Shown: positions 8,669-20,000, counted from the first letter of the whole stretch. The stretch is 45,938 nt of DNA, filler included, from a bacterium (GCA_028719205.1; 11 parts of 11 records of this genome joined end to end with filler, not necessarily neighbours in it), one strand, 5' to 3'. A program made the numbers and translations. The notes: generated from the sequence alone by a model not told the origin.

Positions 8669-10396
8669 ATGGAAAGGGTGCAAAAGGAAATTAACTTATT
8701 TTCTACGGGATTAAACGCCGTATTCCCTCCTGATGTAGGCGGACGGATGAGGACGTTCCATCTGTTAAATGGCTTACCCGTAGATTACAGGATTACTTAT
8801 TTAGGCGTAGGCAAATCAAGCCTGCGCATATCAAACGGGAAAATCCAGCAAATTATCAAGCCTATTTCGCTTCCGGCCCAGTATTTGCATTATCTTCTTT
8901 GCCTGTGTATAGGCAAAGCCTGGGTTTCGATACTTACAACTCTTCCTATTTTGGCTTTTCTGTGCCCAGGGTTATTTTTTTCAATTAAGCGCGGCGTCAA
9001 AAAGTCAAAGGTGAGTTTTATCGACCTGCCATTCTATTATTCGTTTATCAATAAATTCAAAGATAAATTGTTAATATATAATTCTCATAATTTTGAATAT
9101 GAGATTATAGATCTCTGGCTGTTGAATAGAGAGAGGACTTTCATCGGTAAAATAATGGCTAAATTGATTACAAGATTGGAAGAAAAAGCTTGTAAGATAA
9201 GCGACCTAGTTTTAGTTCCGTCTCAAGCGGTAAAGGACGGTTTCATAAAACATTATAATGTTGCCCCGCAAAAGATCCATATTTTGCCAAACGGCGTAAG
9301 GACCGATTTAATAAGGCCGTGTTCCTTGGCTGAAAAGGAAAAGGCAAAGAATGAGCTGGGCGTTGGCAATAAGAGGACAGTTATTTTTATCGGCAGCGCT
9401 TTTTGGCCTCCTAATGTTGATGCGGCAAGGTTTATTATCGAAGAGTTATCCTGGAAGCTTCCGGATTACATTTTTTTAATCATGGGGGGAGTAAAGAATT
9501 CTTTTGAAACAGAAAATCCTGTAATACATGATGACGAATTGCCGGTGAACGACGGCAGGGGCTTTTTATTTACCGGTTGGGATTGCCCGGAGCTATCTGC
9601 CGGAAGGCGGGCTTGCAGGATAAAAAGAAGAGCTACGTTTTTCATCAAAGATAAGGGTATTTCAGAAATTTTTTTAGAAGCAAAGACTAATGTCCCAGCC
9701 GGGTTATTTTTTGCCTCTTCTTTATTCCGCTGGCCTAGGATAGGAAAAACCGCATTCAGGCTTAAAATAAACGGCGAAATTTGCCAGGAGTTCAATTTGA
9801 ATAATCTCGGTAGCAAAAAAATATCATCTCGTTTTGGGAAAAAATTAGATTTTATCAATGCGACCATTGAAATGGACGATTCCAACCGCGCCTGCCTTGC
9901 GAAGATAAGTTGCGATGGGATGTCGGTTTCATCTTTAGGGTATATATCAAACGGCAAAAAGAAATTATTGAGCATGAGCCCGAGGCAGGGTATCCCCCCA
10001 AGATTTTTATATGAAGCGCATGTTAAGCAAAAAAATGTTTTATTTTTTGGGGAAGTAACCGATTCTATTAAAGAACTGATGTTTAAGGCCTCCGACATAG
10101 CTCTTAACCCGGTCTTGCAAGGTTCAGGCACCAATATAAAGATGTTCGATTATATGGCCGCAGGAATACCCATAGTGACAACTCCGCTAGGGGCGCGCGG
10201 AATAGAAGGAAAAGACGGGAGCCATTATATTGTTTGCGGGATGGATCAATTCGCGGATAAGATAAAGACACTATTCGATAATCCTAACCTAAAAATTGAT
10301 ATAATCAAGAATGCCTGTAATCTCGTAGAGGATAAGTACGATTGCCAAAAGATATCCAATGAATTGGATTTGTTGATAAAAGAATATATTAATTAG
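8669..10396 (+). CDS. GT4-family glycosyltransferase with internal insertion
   Basis: PPDVGGRMR, HNFE, ILPNGV, FIGSA..PN, DIALNP...GSGTNIKMFDYMAAGIPIVTT. Confidence 0.88.
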   Translation: MERVQKEINLFSTGLNAVFPPDVGGRMRTFHLLNGLPVDYRITYLGVGKSSLRISNGKIQQIIKPISLPAQYLHYLLCLCIGKAWVSILTTLPILAFLCPGLFFSIKRGVKKSKVSFIDLPFYYSFINKFKDKLLIYNSHNFEYEIIDLWLLNRERTFIGKIMAKLITRLEEKACKISDLVLVPSQAVKDGFIKHYNVAPQKIHILPNGVRTDLIRPCSLAEKEKAKNELGVGNKRTVIFIGSAFWPPNVDAARFIIEELSWKLPDYIFLIMGGVKNSFETENPVIHDDELPVNDGRGFLFTGWDCPELSAGRRACRIKRRATFFIKDKGISEIFLEAKTNVPAGLFFASSLFRWPRIGKTAFRLKINGEICQEFNLNNLGSKKISSRFGKKLDFINATIEMDDSNRACLAKISCDGMSVSSLGYISNGKKKLLSMSPRQGIPPRFLYEAHVKQKNVLFFGEVTDSIKELMFKASDIALNPVLQGSGTNIKMFDYMAAGIPIVTTPLGARGIEGKDGSHYIVCGMDQFADKIKTLFDNPNLKIDIIKNACNLVEDKYDCQKISNELDLLIKEYIN

Positions 10397-10457
10397 CTTT
10401 AATTTTTTTTAAAAATTAGTCGCAAGACCCGGTACATGGACCTAAGATTATAATTTC

Positions 10458-11468
10458 ATGGTTATATCAGCCGAAAATAACAATAAAATATTCGTTTCAG
10501 TAGTCATCCCAGCGCATAATCAAGAAAGAGATATGCTGCGCAGTTGCTTGACGGCTTTGGGGAAATCTTCCTATCCTAACTTTGAGACTATTGTCGTAGA
10601 CGATACGGGTAAGGCGGATATATTGCGTATGCAGGAGGAATTTTGTTTTCGGTTGATTCGGCTAGAAAAGACGGTTAACAGGGCGAAGGCAAGGAATATC
10701 GCATCCCGCGAAGCAGGAGGCGGGATCCTTTTATTTATCGATGAAGATACGCTAATTAAAAAAGATACTATCGAAAAGGTTGAGCGCGCATTCTTAGAGA
10801 ATCCCCGTCTAGCTGCGGTTTTTGGCTCAAACGATAAAAGTCTATCGCAGGGAGGTTTTTTTTCCGTTTGGAAGCATCTGTTTCAGTATTATATCCATCA
10901 AACTGCCTCTGAGAAAGCGGCTACTTTTTTTACCCGGTGCGGTGCGGTTAAAAAATCGGTATTTGACAAAATAGGCGGATTTAATGAAGCTGATGCGCGC
11001 CTTGAAGATATCGAATTCGGTTATAAGCTGAATATGGAAAAATATGAAATACTGCTGTTAAAAGAGCTACAGGTTACGCATTTAAAAAAGTATAGCTTCT
11101 TTAGTTTGCTTAAATCAGATTTATTGGAGCGGGCAATACCCTGGGCTGAATTAATGCTGAAATATAAAGTTTTCAAAAATGATTTAAACCTAAAAGATCA
11201 ATATATCGCAAGCGCTTTAGTGTCATGGATGATCTTATCGAGCCTGGCATTGACTATCGCGAAGCCTTGGTTTTACTACATTTTTCTTGCGTTAGTATTT
11301 GTTTTCGCGCTTCTTAATATAAAATTCTTTATTTTTTCTCTCAAAGAAAAGGGATTCATTTTTATGCTTAAGTCAATTATTATGCTGTATATTTATTATA
11401 TCTATTCGGCTTTCGGATTTGTTTTGGGTGTGCTTAATTATACAAACAGTTTAGTCCTAAAAAGATAA
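10458..11468 (+). CDS. GT2-family glycosyltransferase with C-terminal TM helices
   Basis: VSVVIPAHN, IVVDD, ARN, LFIDED, GGFNE...EDIEFG. Confidence 0.9.
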   Translation: MVISAENNNKIFVSVVIPAHNQERDMLRSCLTALGKSSYPNFETIVVDDTGKADILRMQEEFCFRLIRLEKTVNRAKARNIASREAGGGILLFIDEDTLIKKDTIEKVERAFLENPRLAAVFGSNDKSLSQGGFFSVWKHLFQYYIHQTASEKAATFFTRCGAVKKSVFDKIGGFNEADARLEDIEFGYKLNMEKYEILLLKELQVTHLKKYSFFSLLKSDLLERAIPWAELMLKYKVFKNDLNLKDQYIASALVSWMILSSLALTIAKPWFYYIFLALVFVFALLNIKFFIFSLKEKGFIFMLKSIIMLYIYYIYSAFGFVLGVLNYTNSLVLKR

Positions 11469-11627
11469 TCTATCCGCATCGGTACTTACATCCATTATAT
11501 AAATCTTAAGTGAGCATGTATTGTTCTTGCATGCCTTGTGCAGTTCTGTGCAATGATCACATAGCGCGTCTGTAATTTTTTTAACTTAAAAATAGTTTTT
11601 ATGCAGCTATTGTAACTAAATAAGATT

Positions 11628-12527
11628 ATGAAAAATATTAAGTTAGTCTCCGCAATATTTCTCTCGTCTATTTTAGCCGTAATCCTTATTGAAGGGACAA
11701 CCAGGTTATTCTTTAAAATAACAAATAGAAATATAGATATTTATAGGAATTTTTCATTTAGCAGGGAAGCAAAAATATATATGTTGTATCCTTCCCTGGA
11801 GTACAAATTAATTCCTAATGTATCTAGAAGCGCCTTTACCTCCGAGTTTAGCGTTGTTTATACAACAAATAGCATGGGGCTACGGGAAAAGGAGATTAAA
11901 GATACGGATAAATTCAAGATACTTTTCCTCGGAGATTCCTGCACTTTTGGGGAAGGCCTGCCTATCGGTAGCAGGTTTTCCGATATTATCGAAAAAGAGA
12001 TCAGTAATGTGTATGCGATCAATGCGGGAGTTCCCGGATATGGCATTCATCAAATGTATTCTTGGTTAAAGGACTTTGGGATCAATCTAAGGCCCGACCT
12101 GGTTATTTGTTCAATCATTGGCGGCGACCTGAACAGGGCAATTTATAAAAAAATAGAAAAGTCTCCGCATTTATTGATGAATAAACAAGAAACAAGGCGC
12201 GATGAAAATAAAATTAATTATATTTTCAATTATTTTCATGATACGCTAGACCCTTTATTGAAAAAAAGTTATTTTTATTCTTTGTTTAAGGTAAGGATTG
12301 AGGCCGCGTGTATGCTGTTTTCTTTGAAGGAAAGGGATAAAAAAGTATGGGAGGAGATTGAAAAAAAAGGGGATTTTTTGCAATATAAAATAACAACAGA
12401 CGAACAGAAAAGGATGGTAAGGGATGTATCCGCCAAAATATTGCTGGATTTTAAAGACATCTGCGATCGGGAGAGGGTTAAATTCTTATTGGTGTATATT
12501 TCTCCGGGAGCGTTGCCTTGGTTAAAG
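11628..12527 (+). CDS. SGNH/GDSL hydrolase-fold protein, 3'-truncated
   Basis: N-terminal TM, TNSMGLR, LFLGDSCTFG, INAGVPGYG blocks. Confidence 0.85.
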
Positions 12528-12627
12528 NNNNNNNNNNNNNNNNNNNNNNNNNNNNNNNNNNNNNNNNNNNNTTAATTAATTAANNNNNNNNNNNNNNNNN
12601 NNNNNNNNNNNNNNNNNNNNNNNNNNN
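12528..12627. other. Artificial contig linker
   Basis: N44-TTAATTAATTAA-N44. Confidence 0.99.
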
Positions 12628-12649
12628 TATTGAGGTTTTAAAGACAATT

Positions 12650-13399
12650 CTACTCTTGAATTTTTAATGATTTGAGCTTATCGAGGTTGCGTTTGGACGT
12701 GAGATCCATCGGGTTGAGTTTTACGGCAGTAGTGAACTCCTGGATGGCGTCTTTTATCATGTTTTTGTTATAGAATGCGACTCCCAGATGATAATGCGCG
12801 GCTGCGTCTTCAGGGCTACCGTGAACAACCTTTTGAAACTCCTGGATCGCCTCTTCGTCTCTCTGCATCCTCTCATAAGTGATCCCCAATTGATAACGGG
12901 CTAAAAGATAATCAGGCGCGATCCTAATAACTTCTTTAAAGTGATAAATTGATTCTTCCAGTTTTCCCAAATGGTAAAAGACTATTCCTAATTGGTAATG
13001 CGCGGATTTGTATTGAGGGTTAATAGCCACAGATGCCTTATATTCCTGAATAGCCTCATTAATTTTTCCCTCTCGATTATAAAGCATTCCCAGTTTATAA
13101 TGAATGTCGGCATATAAAGGATTTATTTTTTTAAGTGTGATATATTGCTCAATAGCCTTATCCACCATATTGTATTGTTCATATAATTCCGCCAAACGGT
13201 TCAGGATCTTTTTATTAGAAGCGTCTGTTTTTAGTGCCGCCAGGTATTCTTCAATAGCTTTATTAAAATCACCTTTTTTTTCAAGCAAGCTGGCATTGGC
13301 GCAATGCACATATGATGTTACGTCTTTTAAAGGAGATCCGCACTCTTTGCAGAATTTGTGACTAAGGTCGTTTTCTGTATGGCAGTTTTTGCAGGTCAT
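12650..13399 (-). CDS. Zinc-ribbon + tetratricopeptide repeat protein
   Basis: CKNC...FCKECG N-terminus followed by about six 34-aa TPRs (HYKLG, HYQLG, HYHLG). Confidence 0.9.
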   Translation of the reverse strand: MTCKNCHTENDLSHKFCKECGSPLKDVTSYVHCANASLLEKKGDFNKAIEEYLAALKTDASNKKILNRLAELYEQYNMVDKAIEQYITLKKINPLYADIHYKLGMLYNREGKINEAIQEYKASVAINPQYKSAHYQLGIVFYHLGKLEESIYHFKEVIRIAPDYLLARYQLGITYERMQRDEEAIQEFQKVVHGSPEDAAAHYHLGVAFYNKNMIKDAIQEFTTAVKLNPMDLTSKRNLDKLKSLKIQE

Positions 13400-13497
13400 T
13401 TTTACACTTTACCTGCAACTTGTAATTTTGTCAATAATAATATAAAATATATTTAATTTATGATACAATTTTATTGTTTAATGAGAAAGGCGGCAGT

Positions 13498-16089
13498 ATG
13501 ATCGATTTTAATAAATTTACGATTAAAGCGCAGGAGGCGGTTCAAAAGGCACAGCAGGCCGCGATTGATCTTAATCATCAGCAGGTTGATGTTGAACATT
13601 TTCTTTTAGCGCTGCTTGAACAAAAAGAAGGTGTGATCATCCCGATTTTACAAAAGTTGGGAGTTAATCTTGAGGGTCTGATACAAAAAATAAAAAAAGA
13701 GCTGGAGGCGTTGCCAAAGGTTTACGGAACATCCGGGCAGGCATATTTTTCCAACCGCTTAAATAATATTTTTACAATTGCCCAAAAAGAAGCGGAGCAG
13801 TTTAAAGATGAATATATAAGTTCTGAACATATTTTGCTTGCTATAGTGGAAGAGAAGGGCGGAAAAGCAGGCAAAATTTTACAAGAGGCGGGGATAGATA
13901 AGAACAGCCTTTACCGGGTATTACAGGATATTCGTGGGGCGCAGAGAGTTACGGACCAGAATCCTGAAGATAAATATCAGGCTATCGATAAATATGCCCG
14001 TGACTTAACAACTTTGGCGCGAAAAGGAAAACTTGATCCGGTTATCGGCCGTGATGATGAGATCCGCCGGACGATCCAGATACTTTCCCGCCGGACTAAA
14101 AACAATCCGGTCCTTATCGGTGAACCGGGTGTGGGTAAAACAGCGGTTGTTGAAGGATTGGCCCAGCGCATTGTAAGCGGTGATGTTCCTGAGTCATTAA
14201 AGGGAAAGAGGTTAGTAGCTTTGGACCTTGGGGCATTGATCGCGGGAGCGAAATTCCGTGGTGAATTTGAAGACAGGCTTAAGGCCTTTTTAAAAGAGGT
14301 TGAAAAAGCAGAGGGTAATGTAATACTTTTTATTGATGAATTGCATACCTTAGTCGGCGCGGGTGCGGCTGAGGGCGCGATTGACGCCTCGAATATGCTT
14401 AAACCTGCTTTAGCGCGCGGAGAATTACGCTGTATAGGCGCTACGACTCTGAATGAATACCGCAAATATATTGAAAAGGACGCGGCATTGGAACGCAGGT
14501 TCCAGCCGCTTTATATCGGCCAGCCAAATGTTACCGACACGATCGCCATTTTGCGCGGGCTTAAAGAAAAATATGAAATACATCACGGCGTACGGATAAA
14601 AGATTCGGCGTTGATCGCAGCCGCAACCTTATCAAATCGTTATATAGCGGACCGGTTCCTGCCGGATAAGGCGATCGACCTGATTGATGAGGCGGCATCG
14701 AAACTGCGCATTGAAATAGACAGCCTGCCTACGGAATTAGACGAAGTGGAGCGCCGGGTGATGCAGTTAGAGATCGAACGGCAGGCTTTAAGTAAAGAGA
14801 AGGATAAAGAATCTAAGGAGCGTTTAAAAAAAATAGATAAAGAGTTAGCCGATCTTAAGGAAAAAGGCAAAGGGATGAGACTTAAATGGCAGAAGGAAAA
14901 AGAGGTCATTCAGGCTATACAAAAGACAAAAGAAGAGATCGAACAGGTAAAAATAGAGGAAAAGAATTTTGAAAGAAAAGGCGATCTGGAAAAGGTGGCG
15001 GAACTCCGCTTTGGTAAATTAGTCGAGTTAAATAAAAAACTTGATAAAGATAATAAAAAATTGCAGGAAATACAAAAAGACGGTTTAATGTTGAAAGAAG
15101 AAGTAGATGAAGAGGATATTGCCGAGGTAATTTCCAAATGGACAGGGATCCCTGTTTCTAAAATGATGCAGGGCGAGGTCGAAAAATTACTAAAGATAGA
15201 AGAAAAATTAAAAGAACGGGTGATCGGCCAGGATGAGGCGATCTTTGCTGTCGCGAATGCTGTGCGGAGGAGCCGCGCGGAATTGCAGGATCCTAACCGG
15301 CCTATGGGTTCATTTATTTTCCTCGGGCCCACTGGTGTCGGCAAGACCGAATTAGCCCGGACCCTGGCTGATTTTTTATTTGATGATGAACGTTCCATAG
15401 TGCGGATCGACATGTCAGAATACATGGAAAAACATACAGTCGCCAGGCTGTTAGGCGCGCCGCCGGGATATGTGGGTTATGAAGAGGGCGGGCAGCTGAC
15501 AGAAAAGGTAAGGCGCAGGCCCTATAGTATTATTTTGTTTGATGAGATTGAGAAAGCGCATCCTGATGTTTTTAATGTTTTATTGCAGATATTAGATGAG
15601 GGCAGGCTGACCGACGGGCAGGGACGGACAGTGGACTTCAAGAATACAGTCATTATTATGACTTCAAATCTTGGAAGCCAGCTAATTCAGGAATTAGGCG
15701 GTAAAGATGAAGATGAAATGCGCAGGCGCGTAAGTGAAATATTAAAAACCTCTTTCAGGCCGGAATTCCTGAACCGTATTGATGAAACGATCATTTTTCA
15801 TAATTTGGATCGTGACGAGATAAAAGAAATAATTAATATTCAGCTGAAAAAGTTTTCAGGGAGGCTTGCGCAAAAAAATATTAAATTATCACTTTCAGAC
15901 CAGGTTAAGAATCTTCTGGCTGACGAAGGATTTGATCCTGTTTACGGTGCAAGGCCGTTGAAGAGGGTTTTACAAAAAAGGATTGAAAATCCGCTGGCTT
16001 TAAAACTTTTAGCGGGAGAATTTAAAAGCGGAGATACCATTCAAACAAAAATAGAAAAAAATAATCAGATAGAATTTTTTATTAAATAG
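13498..16089 (+). CDS. clpB: ATP-dependent chaperone ClpB
   Basis: Two AAA+ modules ([16 protein letters not shown]), coiled-coil middle domain, [20 protein letters not shown] at 13498 follows GAAAGGCGG. Confidence 0.97.
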   Translation: MIDFNKFTIKAQEAVQKAQQAAIDLNHQQVDVEHFLLALLEQKEGVIIPILQKLGVNLEGLIQKIKKELEALPKVYGTSGQAYFSNRLNNIFTIAQKEAEQFKDEYISSEHILLAIVEEKGGKAGKILQEAGIDKNSLYRVLQDIRGAQRVTDQNPEDKYQAIDKYARDLTTLARKGKLDPVIGRDDEIRRTIQILSRRTKNNPVLIGEPGVGKTAVVEGLAQRIVSGDVPESLKGKRLVALDLGALIAGAKFRGEFEDRLKAFLKEVEKAEGNVILFIDELHTLVGAGAAEGAIDASNMLKPALARGELRCIGATTLNEYRKYIEKDAALERRFQPLYIGQPNVTDTIAILRGLKEKYEIHHGVRIKDSALIAAATLSNRYIADRFLPDKAIDLIDEAASKLRIEIDSLPTELDEVERRVMQLEIERQALSKEKDKESKERLKKIDKELADLKEKGKGMRLKWQKEKEVIQAIQKTKEEIEQVKIEEKNFERKGDLEKVAELRFGKLVELNKKLDKDNKKLQEIQKDGLMLKEEVDEEDIAEVISKWTGIPVSKMMQGEVEKLLKIEEKLKERVIGQDEAIFAVANAVRRSRAELQDPNRPMGSFIFLGPTGVGKTELARTLADFLFDDERSIVRIDMSEYMEKHTVARLLGAPPGYVGYEEGGQLTEKVRRRPYSIILFDEIEKAHPDVFNVLLQILDEGRLTDGQGRTVDFKNTVIIMTSNLGSQLIQELGGKDEDEMRRRVSEILKTSFRPEFLNRIDETIIFHNLDRDEIKEIINIQLKKFSGRLAQKNIKLSLSDQVKNLLADEGFDPVYGARPLKRVLQKRIENPLALKLLAGEFKSGDTIQTKIEKNNQIEFFIK

Positions 16090-16119
16090 ATATAAAATTT
16101 AATTAAAGGAGAGGCATAA

Positions 16120-17313
16120 ATGAAAAAAATGGCTATTTGTTTAATTATGATATTTATTTTGTCTCCGCGTTATTACGCGAAGGAAGCTTTTGGTTCTAAA
16201 GAAGCTGAAAAGATAAAAATCGAACCGGCGCAGCCGTTAACTGTAAATATAAAACTGCCTCACAAAAAATATTTCAAGGTAAAAAGCGCTAAATTTGAGT
16301 TTGATAATATTAAACAGGATTTGTCAGGGCAATATATTTTAGTTATGGGCAACAACAAAGGAGATAGCGAGCTATCGGAAGAAGTCCAAAGTAAAACATG
16401 GGCAGTTCAGGAAATAGTAAGCGAAAGCACGTTCGAATTAAGCAAAGTGGAAATAAAAATGGGAGTTCCGCGGGAAGATAATCTGGAATTACTGGTCTGC
16501 GACAGTAATCTTTACGAAAAGGCCAGGGGTATTATTAAATATGATGAATCTAAAAAAGAATGTTATGCTATTTTGGATCCAACCTCGCAGGTCCAGAAAG
16601 ATGAACATATATTTTTAGCCGTTAAACTGGTAGAAACCCCGATAAATGTAAAAACCGGTACGGAAGATAGGTTAAGCGCGTTTTATACTAATTATCCTGA
16701 TGGTTTTCAGGCGAGGGATCCTTTTCCTGAATATTTAAAACAAGAACTTGCTAAAAGTAAAAAGTCATTAATATACAAACTTTATTCTACTGAAGCAATG
16801 GATATTCAGCCTTCCTTTCAGGTTAAGATCAGTGAAGGTTATAACGCTCTCTGGACATGGAACGGTGAAGATAAAGTTCTCCTGAAAGATAAGAATGTTT
16901 TAGAATCAATAAACATGTATTTTTCAGAGAATCGCGCGAACCTGGATGAGAGGGATGATGTAATTTTGCCTATCGTTTTTACGCCGGAGGGGTCAACTTA
17001 TCCGATTATTTTACAGTTAGCTTCATGGGAAATGGAAATTAAAATTCCAGAGGACTATTTTATGGAATTAAAATCCGCGATCAATGAAATATTTAAAAAT
17101 GATGAAAAGAAAAAGACTGATTTTTCGGAGCAGCTTCAGGCGATTTGGGATAGTTATAAAGCTGAAGCTGTGGATGATGTTAAAGAAAAAATAAAATCTT
17201 TTGTACAGGATGTTTCTTTAGAAGAAGAGCAGGCTAGAACAAAAGGAGACGCGAACGAAATCAAAGGAATGCTGGATTTAACTGATGAATTGAAAAGTAT
17301 ATTCGAAAAATAG
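16120..17313 (+). CDS. Hypothetical secreted protein
   Basis: RBS AAGGAGAGG, signal-peptide-like N-terminus, 397-aa ORF with no motif I recognise. Confidence 0.75.
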   Translation: MKKMAICLIMIFILSPRYYAKEAFGSKEAEKIKIEPAQPLTVNIKLPHKKYFKVKSAKFEFDNIKQDLSGQYILVMGNNKGDSELSEEVQSKTWAVQEIVSESTFELSKVEIKMGVPREDNLELLVCDSNLYEKARGIIKYDESKKECYAILDPTSQVQKDEHIFLAVKLVETPINVKTGTEDRLSAFYTNYPDGFQARDPFPEYLKQELAKSKKSLIYKLYSTEAMDIQPSFQVKISEGYNALWTWNGEDKVLLKDKNVLESINMYFSENRANLDERDDVILPIVFTPEGSTYPIILQLASWEMEIKIPEDYFMELKSAINEIFKNDEKKKTDFSEQLQAIWDSYKAEAVDDVKEKIKSFVQDVSLEEEQARTKGDANEIKGMLDLTDELKSIFEK

Positions 17314-17316
17314 AAT

Positions 17317-18110
17317 TTATGGATAAGGTATAAAATAGTCGTTTTTATTAAATACTTTTATATCTTTTTCCATCCATTTATAAAGTTTTGTTTTTAATTC
17401 AATAACCTTTTGCGGATTTTTAGAAGCTATATCCTCAAGCTCGTCAGGGTCTTTTTTTGTATCATACAGCTCAAAAAATATACCGTCTCTGGCCGGTATA
17501 TAAATAAGTTTATATTGTCCGTCATAAACCATCCTGTGTTTTGCTGTATTAGTTAAGCCTCTGAATTCAGGTTTAATTACAATTTCGTTATTATATTCAG
17601 TATCGATCGCTCCAAGTTCAACGATATCGGGATACATTATTCTTTGTTTTTGATAAAAATTGTTCCCTTTGTCGGTGAACCATAGTCCGGTTTCCGCGTA
17701 GGTTGTTAAATTCAGGTTTTCAGTTTCCCTTCTCATTAGCGGCAAAAGATTTATACCCTCCATTGATCGGGGGACCGGTAAAGAAAGCATGGATAGTAAA
17801 GTCGGGGAAAGGTCAATATCCCGAACCAATTCATTAATTGTACCGTGTATTAATTTATCCCGCGGGTCGTGAATAATAAAAGGGACATTTAGAACAGCTC
17901 TTCCTCTAAGATGTTCTCCGTGCCCCTGTCCCCATCCATTTTCATAAAGTTGTTCGCCATGGTCCGCTAACACGACAATTATTTTATTTTTATCAAGCCC
18001 TTCTTTTTTCAGGAATTCCAATAATCTTCCGACGGCAGCATCAATACAGGTCACGCCCTGTTTGTAAAGCGCGCGGACCTGCGTTAGGTCTTCTTCTGGC
18101 AGAGCTACAG
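17317..18110 (-). CDS. Sulfatase/alkaline-phosphatase superfamily protein, 5'-truncated
   Basis: ADHGE, GHG, VPFII, DLSPT, EGINL, ELYD...DPDE..D.A motifs; frame open to the contig edge. Confidence 0.88.
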
Positions 18111-18210
18111 NNNNNNNNNNNNNNNNNNNNNNNNNNNNNNNNNNNNNNNNNNNNTTAATTAATTAANNNNNNNNNNNNNNNNNNNNNNNNNNNNNNNNNN
18201 NNNNNNNNNN
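18111..18210. other. Artificial contig linker
   Basis: N44-TTAATTAATTAA-N44. Confidence 0.99.
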
Positions 18211-18474
18211 GGGGCTCTGTGGCCCTGCGATTTCTTAGAGGGACGTTGGAAGCCGGGTATAAATATCCGAATAAAAAATCAACTGGAAGAAAATGATTTT
18301 GTTAACTTCGATAGGGGCTATTTTAAAAAATGTGTATATGAAAACTCGTCGTTTTGGAGGCCGATTGTTTATGGTGTCTTAACGTTTACTGAAGCCTCCA
18401 TAATTGATCCACATGAACTTATGGAAGCGAATACCGCACTTGACAGAATGATAAAGGAGCAAAATAAAAAATAA
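18211..18474 (+). CDS. Tail assembly chaperone C-terminal (T-like) reading frame, partial
   Basis: Not in the ORF track. The open frame 18211-18474 ends ...FWRPIVYGVLTFTEASIIDPHELMEANTALDRMIKEQNKK*, and its TAA overlaps the tape-measure ATG. An overlapping frame (18213-18296) reads ...VALRFLRGTLEAGYKYPNKKSTGRK*. Confidence 0.65.
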   Translation, partial: GALWPCDFLEGRWKPGINIRIKNQLEENDFVNFDRGYFKKCVYENSSFWRPIVYGVLTFTEASIIDPHELMEANTALDRMIKEQNKK

Positions 18475-20000
18475 TGCCGGGTGCGCTTAGATCAATATAC
18501 GGAGAAATTAAACTTAAGGACGGTGCATCCGGCGCGCTTAAATCATTCAAGCGTTCGATGGATGAAGCAAGAAATACCGCCTTTAACCTTAACAATGTTC
18601 TGAGTCTTGTAGGCGGTGCCGCCGCTACTGCGGGAATATATAAAATAGGAAAAATGTTTTCTGATGCAGGAGCCGAAGAGGAAACTCAGGCATTACGGAT
18701 CAAACATCTTGCCGGGACGGGTTACCCAGAATTAAAAAAATCAATTGAAAGTGCTGTTGAATCGAGCAAGGGGCTATTCGGAGAAAGTGATTTCGAAAAA
18801 TCAGCCAATGAAGCGTTGAAATTCGGCGCCTCTGTTTCTCTTGTTTCAAATAATCTTGGAAACCTTCAAAAACTTTCCGCTATTACCGGCGATGATCTTA
18901 CTACAACCATGCAGGGGATCACGACTGCCGTTAATACCGGGTCAATACGATTTTTAAAAAGTAACGCAATACTTGCCCAGCACATGGAGGGATTTAAAGC
19001 CCTGGGTGGTGGATATGATGAGGCGACGAAAAAACGGCGCGAGTTATATCTTACCGAGGTTTTCAAAAAAGAAGAATTGAAACTAATGGAACAATACGGG
19101 GAAGTTCTTGAAACCATGTCGGGGGCGACCAGACGAGCGAAAACACAATGGGAAGAAATAAAAGAGGTTATGGGGGGATTTTTAAACAAGGCACTTCGTC
19201 CTATTATTTCAACCGCTGCTGATATTATGCAATGGTTCGCTGGGACAGAACGCGGTGTTGCAGTTTTAAAAACTATTACTATAGCCCTTGTCCCTGTTAT
19301 TGGAATTTTGCTGGTAGCTGCTTTATATGCAGCTGCGACTGCTGCATGGGCGTTTGTCGCGCCTTTATTACCGTTTATCGCAATTGGATTAGCAGTGGTT
19401 GCAGTTATTACGTCGATTGTTTTGATAATTGAAGATTTATATACATGGTTTACCGGCGGTGAATCTGTATTCGGACATTTTGTAAAAAAACTATTCGGAG
19501 ATATTTCATATTTAAAAAAATCTTTTATGGATTTTAAAAATTCAATAATTCAAACATTTAAAGATGTTATAAATTATATTTCCGGTATACCCGATCGAAT
19601 CGTTGATTTTTTTAAATCTCTTCCGGGAAGACTCAAAGAAACATTGATTGAAATAAAAGATAGTTTTAAAAATTTATTTTCCAGTAATGATAAAGAATCC
19701 CAAGAAGTTGCCAAACAAAATTCCAGTAATATTCCTGGGCGAGCTCGCGGGGGTCGTGTCTCAAGAGGAAGCGCGTATATTGTCGGTGAAAAAGGCCCGG
19801 AAACATTTATACCGGGAGAGTCTGGAAAAATTATACCTAACGGAGGCGGGGTAACGATTGGTAGTATTGTCGGATCAATGACGTTTAATGTATCAGGTCC
19901 GGCAGAGGCTGCACAAGAAGTTAAAAACGCTGTTATGGACGCACTTGATGAATTGTCACGAACAGTGTTTAGAACTGAACTAGGAATGAGTAACGCATAA
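18474..20000 (+). CDS. Phage tail tape measure protein
   Basis: Helical Ala/Gly-rich protein, central TM-like stretch with IEDLYTWFTGGESVFG, RARGG.V......VGEKGPE.F.P motif; position in module. Confidence 0.88.
   Translation: MPGALRSIYGEIKLKDGASGALKSFKRSMDEARNTAFNLNNVLSLVGGAAATAGIYKIGKMFSDAGAEEETQALRIKHLAGTGYPELKKSIESAVESSKGLFGESDFEKSANEALKFGASVSLVSNNLGNLQKLSAITGDDLTTTMQGITTAVNTGSIRFLKSNAILAQHMEGFKALGGGYDEATKKRRELYLTEVFKKEELKLMEQYGEVLETMSGATRRAKTQWEEIKEVMGGFLNKALRPIISTAADIMQWFAGTERGVAVLKTITIALVPVIGILLVAALYAAATAAWAFVAPLLPFIAIGLAVVAVITSIVLIIEDLYTWFTGGESVFGHFVKKLFGDISYLKKSFMDFKNSIIQTFKDVINYISGIPDRIVDFFKSLPGRLKETLIEIKDSFKNLFSSNDKESQEVAKQNSSNIPGRARGGRVSRGSAYIVGEKGPETFIPGESGKIIPNGGGVTIGSIVGSMTFNVSGPAEAAQEVKNAVMDALDELSRTVFRTELGMSNA

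Noticed and set aside
13474-13497. TTG start for clpB given in the ORF track
   Set aside because: ATG at 13498 has an SD-like sequence and matches the usual ClpB N-terminus.
13977-15425. Long antisense ORFs opposite clpB (also opposite htpG, thrC, the GT4 and tape-measure genes)
   Set aside because: Shadow frames of conserved genes with no RBS or motifs.
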